A stretch of 64,000 nucleotides of DNA from an uncultured Candidatus Saccharibacteria bacterium (GTDB lineage Bacteria > Patescibacteriota > Minisyncoccia > Phycocordibacterales > CALRHW01). A program made the position numbers and the translations under genes. Location of the stretch: positions 96,227-160,226 of the forward strand of contig CAYOUG010000001.1 of the NCBI GenBank assembly GCA_964407105.1, given 5' to 3'. The notes beneath the pieces are model-generated. The model was not told the origin of the DNA and searched no databases. It saw only the letters and a program-made list of their open reading frames with translations. Below, one piece after another: positions 60,310-64,000 of the stretch (positions are counted from its first letter, which is position 1; every line of letters begins with the position of its first letter).

Positions 60310-62418
60310 TTAAAATTCAATAATGTTGGGTTGAACCACTACCGTAACCTGAGGAGCACAGTCCACCGTCTTTACTTGTTGTGGTACCGAACTGTCTCTA
60401 ATGGTTACAGATGCTATTTTATTTCCTGTTGTTGAATATGTTTTTGTAACAGATGCTGAAAATGCATCTTCTCCCAAATTATCTGTACCATCCCATGTGT
60501 AAGAAAATGGTGCCAGACCACCAGAAGTGATCGAAGCTGTCCACGTAACAAATTTGTTTACTAAATACGGTGCCTGCCCACTTGGCACACAAGAAGCCAC
60601 AATAGGAGGATAGACAGGAGACGGCACGGTTACACCAACGTTAACCTCTTCTACGTCACCCTGTACATCATCTGGCGCACCAGTAACACGAAGGGTGTAT
60701 AGTGCTGACTGCGCATTTGCTGGTACAGAAACAGAAATAATACTTGAGCAGTTTGGGCTACAAGTAGCATTAGACAAAATCGAAGCACTTGGAATAAATC
60801 TGAAACCATTTGGATTAAGAATTGTGGCAGTGATTTTTACTGGTTTTGTAGCTCCCATATCAAGTATTCTGGTAACTGTGGTGGTATTACTTTGACCTTT
60901 TTCTATTGTTAGATTTAAAGGATTTGCAGAGAGATGATAATCAAATGTAGTAGAAGGCGCTCCGTATGTCACGGTGTGATTTTCGCCACTAAAATTTAAC
61001 CAACCGAGCACTTCTCCTCCCCACGCCCAACCCACCAAACGTGCTGTTGGAGGGTGGTAAGTCACACCCTTAGAACCATCTATATATGCCGCACCAGAAG
61101 GATTGTTGGCACCAGAAAGACTGATCCAACCATCAAACCCTGGAGTAAGATCACCAGTAAGAATTTTTCCCCAACCCTTAAATGTTCCACTCGTAGGAGT
61201 AAGACTGGTCAACTCTGCATTTCCACTAAAAGTACCATTTCCTGTTGGAAAATTAGAAAGTCCACCAAATTTAATCCAACCAAGATGATCATTCCACGCA
61301 CTACCAGTCATGGTACCAGCACCGGCTGGTACATTTGCATTATTATTATTGTTTGTATTATTTATTCGCACACCATAAGAGGTCGTTTCACAGCTTCCTA
61401 AGTCTGGTAAACCATCGAGTGGCGCCACATCAGAACAACTATTCATTTTTATCCAGCCAACATTAGAAGACCAAGCCCAACCGTATACGTTGCCCACTTC
61501 TGGTACCGATACAGGTATACATGCGCCGTTTGAAAATGTATATCCAGAATTACAAGTATATTCACATTTTGGCGCTCCACATGATGCTACAAGTGTTTTT
61601 GCTGTATCTACTGTGAGTCCAGCATCGTCATTAGTACAAAGTCCGGAGTTGGCAGGAGTAGCACCAAAACAAGAGAAATTTCCGGGTGGTGTCTCTGGTG
61701 GGTTTACGGGAGATAATTCACGCCAAGGACCATATATACCCTGGCAATTATCATAGTTTCTCACACCAACCTTTACAGGCTGAGGACTTCCTGAACCAAA
61801 AGAAATATTAAATGGTCCTGTTATTGTGGCATTTGAGAGTGGGAAATAACCATCAAAAAGAGCATAATTTGGTATTATTTCGTTATCAAGATCTTGGGTT
61901 GCAAGCACAACTCGCAAATTGTGATGATCTCCAAAACCATTTTTGGGTGGTGCAGGAATCGTAACATTTATGGTGTCACCATCAATAAAATAACCCTCTA
62001 GAAAGTATGGTGGAGCAGGAACTTCGTTTGTACAATTCATATCAAGACACACACCGTACGCTGGACACCCCAAACCAGGATCTACCATGGTGCACACAGT
62101 ACTTCCAAATGGATCACAGTCTAAATTATCATCACACTCAAAATCATGGTCTATACAAGCTGGCGGCATTGGCTGACATGTACCAAAATGACCTTGAGAA
62201 CAAGTACCGTCTCCACCAACACAATTACCAGATTGACAATCTAGGTCAGAACCACAAAGAGCACCGTTAAATCCCCCATAATAACATCCGAGTTTTATTT
62301 GAGCCGTAACATTTGGGGTAGAAAAAATAACGGCAAAACCAATTAAAGAAAAAGCTAAAACAATCGAAAGAAAAAGATGGAGTTGATTTCTAGTAATTTT
62401 TTTTAAAATATTAAACAT
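60310..62418 (-). CDS. Secreted Cys-rich surface protein with GWAW repeats and C-terminal PKD-like module
   Basis: Signal peptide, Cys-rich domains, GWAWSSNVGWI / GSAWNDHLGWI / GWAWGGEVLGW, SVTKTYSTTGNK. Confidence 0.72.
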   Translation of the reverse strand: MFNILKKITRNQLHLFLSIVLAFSLIGFAVIFSTPNVTAQIKLGCYYGGFNGALCGSDLDCQSGNCVGGDGTCSQGHFGTCQPMPPACIDHDFECDDNLDCDPFGSTVCTMVDPGLGCPAYGVCLDMNCTNEVPAPPYFLEGYFIDGDTINVTIPAPPKNGFGDHHNLRVVLATQDLDNEIIPNYALFDGYFPLSNATITGPFNISFGSGSPQPVKVGVRNYDNCQGIYGPWRELSPVNPPETPPGNFSCFGATPANSGLCTNDDAGLTVDTAKTLVASCGAPKCEYTCNSGYTFSNGACIPVSVPEVGNVYGWAWSSNVGWIKMNSCSDVAPLDGLPDLGSCETTSYGVRINNTNNNNNANVPAGAGTMTGSAWNDHLGWIKFGGLSNFPTGNGTFSGNAELTSLTPTSGTFKGWGKILTGDLTPGFDGWISLSGANNPSGAAYIDGSKGVTYHPPTARLVGWAWGGEVLGWLNFSGENHTVTYGAPSTTFDYHLSANPLNLTIEKGQSNTTTVTRILDMGATKPVKITATILNPNGFRFIPSASILSNATCSPNCSSIISVSVPANAQSALYTLRVTGAPDDVQGDVEEVNVGVTVPSPVYPPIVASCVPSGQAPYLVNKFVTWTASITSGGLAPFSYTWDGTDNLGEDAFSASVTKTYSTTGNKIASVTIRDSSVPQQVKTVDCAPQVTVVVQPNIIEF

Positions 62419-62541
62419 ATTTAATTATCAATATTAATACCTGCCGTGTTAAGCACTGTTAGTAAATTTAGTATAACACAAGAAAAATTCGTGCTCATTT
62501 TTACATACACAAAAAAGTGGATAAGAACAGCTAAAATATCG

Positions 62542-62579
62542 AAGTATTGACTTTTTACTGTTTTTGGTATATAATTGTA
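62542..62579 (+). promoter_or_regulatory. Sigma70 promoter, copy 1 of duplicated unit
   Basis: TTGACT-17-TATAAT; 34/38 identical to 63197-63234. Confidence 0.75.
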
Positions 62580-62642
62580 ATAGTAGATAGTTTGTTCGTT
62601 GTCGTCACTTTTGTCTTTTTTTCTCTTTTCTAGGAGATACTC

Positions 62643-63089
62643 GTGCTTTCGAGAAATAGAAAAATTGGTCTGTGGTGTTGGTTTGTGACGGTGATTTTTA
62701 CCGTCACATTTTTTTCCGTAACGCTGTGGATCATCGATATCCACAAGCCTCACCCAGCACAGAAAATCGTCGGAAACGACGCGGGAGGGTTTCTGACATT
62801 GGTCAAAACCCACGGAACACGGTACGAAGGAACGTACCTGTTCAAGGAAGGGAAAGAGTTCAGCGAGATTGTCTTAAGAATCGAGGGTGGGTATGTTCCC
62901 AACCCAGAACAGATCAGTACGATCTGTTTCGACGAATTCTCTAAAGCTTCCCTGAAATCTTTCTCTCCAGCCTGGATTGAAATCGTTTTTAAGGACGATG
63001 GAAATCCATCGATCACCACATCGATGACGGTGCCGGACTCCAACCCAATACCCGACGGCGAAAGAAGAAAGCTCATCATCGGAAAGTGA
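62643..63089 (+). CDS. Orphan membrane-anchored protein, paralog A
   Basis: AGGAG SD, GTG start, N-terminal TM helix; shares motifs with 63282-63770. Confidence 0.7.
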   Translation: MLSRNRKIGLWCWFVTVIFTVTFFSVTLWIIDIHKPHPAQKIVGNDAGGFLTLVKTHGTRYEGTYLFKEGKEFSEIVLRIEGGYVPNPEQISTICFDEFSKASLKSFSPAWIEIVFKDDGNPSITTSMTVPDSNPIPDGERRKLIIGK

Positions 63090-63096
63090 TGGAACG

Positions 63097-63152
63097 GTGC
63101 TGAATACCACCTTAAACTATTCACAAGCCTGCGTAACAACGTGGGCTTTTTT
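63097..63152 (+). repeat. 3' repeat plus terminator, copy 1
   Basis: 41 bp identical to 63794-63834, running into a hairpin and T-run. Confidence 0.9.
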
Positions 63153-63281
63153 GTTACAAAAATTAATAAAAAATGATTAAAAAATGCAAACAGTAAAAGT
63201 ATTGACTAATTACTGTTTTTGGTATCTATTTGTATGAGTAATTCGGCAGTTCTTCGTTTCATCACAAACCCAGGAGAAAAC

Positions 63282-63770
63282 ATGCGTCTCAATAAAATCT
63301 TGGTTGGTTTGGTTTTTGTGTTGGGTACACTGTTGGCCGGCAACATTCTTACAAGTCACAGTTTTCTTTGGAATAAACAAAAACGCCCAGAAAAGATGTT
63401 AGCTGCAAGTGGCGAGGGGGTCTTGTTTCTCTGTAAATATACCAATCCCGTTTGGGGTGATTCTTGGGAAGGATTCTTTTTTTTGCAGAAGGGATGGGAA
63501 TCATTTGATGTGTTAGTAGAAACTAACGGCCAAAACATCAAAACAGGAAGCAAAAAGGTTGGCTATGTAGAGTCCTTAAACCTTCATGAGGTTTGCTCAA
63601 CAGAGCTCGAAAAAGCAACGGGGGTCGAAGAAAAAGTTGTTTGGATAAAAATCAGGTTAACCGAAGAAACAAAATATTCGGTAATCACAGCAACAAGAAA
63701 AAAGGATGTTCCACCAAACGGTCCATTACCACCAACAATCATCACAGAGAGATCTGATTTAACGCCTTGA
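63282..63770 (+). CDS. Orphan membrane-anchored protein, paralog B
   Basis: AGGAG SD, ATG, N-terminal TM helix; WEGFFFLQKG, VCSTELEK, WIKI, VPPNGPLP parallel paralog A. Confidence 0.7.
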   Translation: MRLNKILVGLVFVLGTLLAGNILTSHSFLWNKQKRPEKMLAASGEGVLFLCKYTNPVWGDSWEGFFFLQKGWESFDVLVETNGQNIKTGSKKVGYVESLNLHEVCSTELEKATGVEEKVVWIKIRLTEETKYSVITATRKKDVPPNGPLPPTIITERSDLTP

Positions 63771-63793
63771 GATTTCAATAATCAAAGATTGTT

Positions 63794-63853
63794 GTGCTGA
63801 ATACCACCTTAAACTATTCACAAGCCTGCGTAACGACGCAGGTTTTTCTTTTT
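63794..63853 (+). repeat. 3' repeat plus terminator, copy 2
   Basis: gtgctgaataccaccttaaactattcacaagcctgcgtaac then gacgcaggttttt. Confidence 0.9.
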
Positions 63854-63897
63854 ATTGTGATATCATAGATTTTATATAATTATTAACATTGACTATT

Positions 63898-64000
63898 ATG
63901 CAATTTAAAAGAACAACCTATTTATTATTCGTATGTGTTGGTTTCATTGTAGTATCTTCTCTTATTACCGGTTCAAATAATGTAAATTATTTGACATCGA
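63898..64000 (+). CDS. Start of a probable secreted/membrane protein (runs off window)
   Basis: MQFKRTTYLLFVCVGFIVVSSLITG open to window end. Confidence 0.4.
   Translation, partial: MQFKRTTYLLFVCVGFIVVSSLITGSNNVNYLTS

Noticed and set aside
36040-63260. boxA-like GTTCTTT motif shared by orphan leaders
   Set aside because: Clear in only one or two leaders (37091c, weakly 63282); not consistent enough to claim.
59010-63770. Diversity-generating retroelement acting on surface or orphan genes
   Set aside because: No reverse transcriptase in the window and no TR/VR pair differing only at adenines was seen.
63097-63834. 41-bp direct repeats as a CRISPR array or integron attC sites
   Set aside because: Only two copies, 697 bp apart, with a whole gene between them; no cas or intI gene in the window; no RYYYAAC/GTTRRRY ends; the repeat includes the terminator.
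1-64000. Alternative genetic code (UGA recoding as in Gracilibacteria/Absconditabacteria)
   Set aside because: Conserved genes are full length in code 11 and TGA ends smpB at the expected position.

Overview
AT-rich chromosomal segment, most likely from a Patescibacteria/CPR (Parcubacteria-like) bacterium. This is inferred from the missing rpmD/L30, the type IV pilus and competence genes, class II RNR with PduO, and CPR-style surface proteins. The core is the str/S10/spc ribosomal cluster (rpsL to map, minus strand). Other housekeeping genes are recG, ftsH, smpB-tmRNA, lexA, cls, infC-rpmI-rplT, ndk, comEC, sod, rnhA, recJ, pgk and tpiA, plus a pilB/pilC/minor-pilin locus. Non-coding features include a tRNA with a UAU (Ile) anticodon carrying a small 3'-duplicated insert, a tmRNA with a 28-aa tag followed by a degraded serine-recombinase island, a probable compact 6S RNA, a GAAC-N4-GTTC operator inside the lexA promoter, and a branched inverted-repeat element between rpsG and fusA. 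The most striking pattern is two expression regimes. Host genes have a -10 box a few nt before ATG and no Shine-Dalgarno. About ten dispersed orphan genes each have a strong SD and usually their own sigma70 promoter and terminator. One orphan pair is a tandem duplication whose non-coding flanks are far better conserved than the proteins. All calls come from reading the sequence; no database searches were run.
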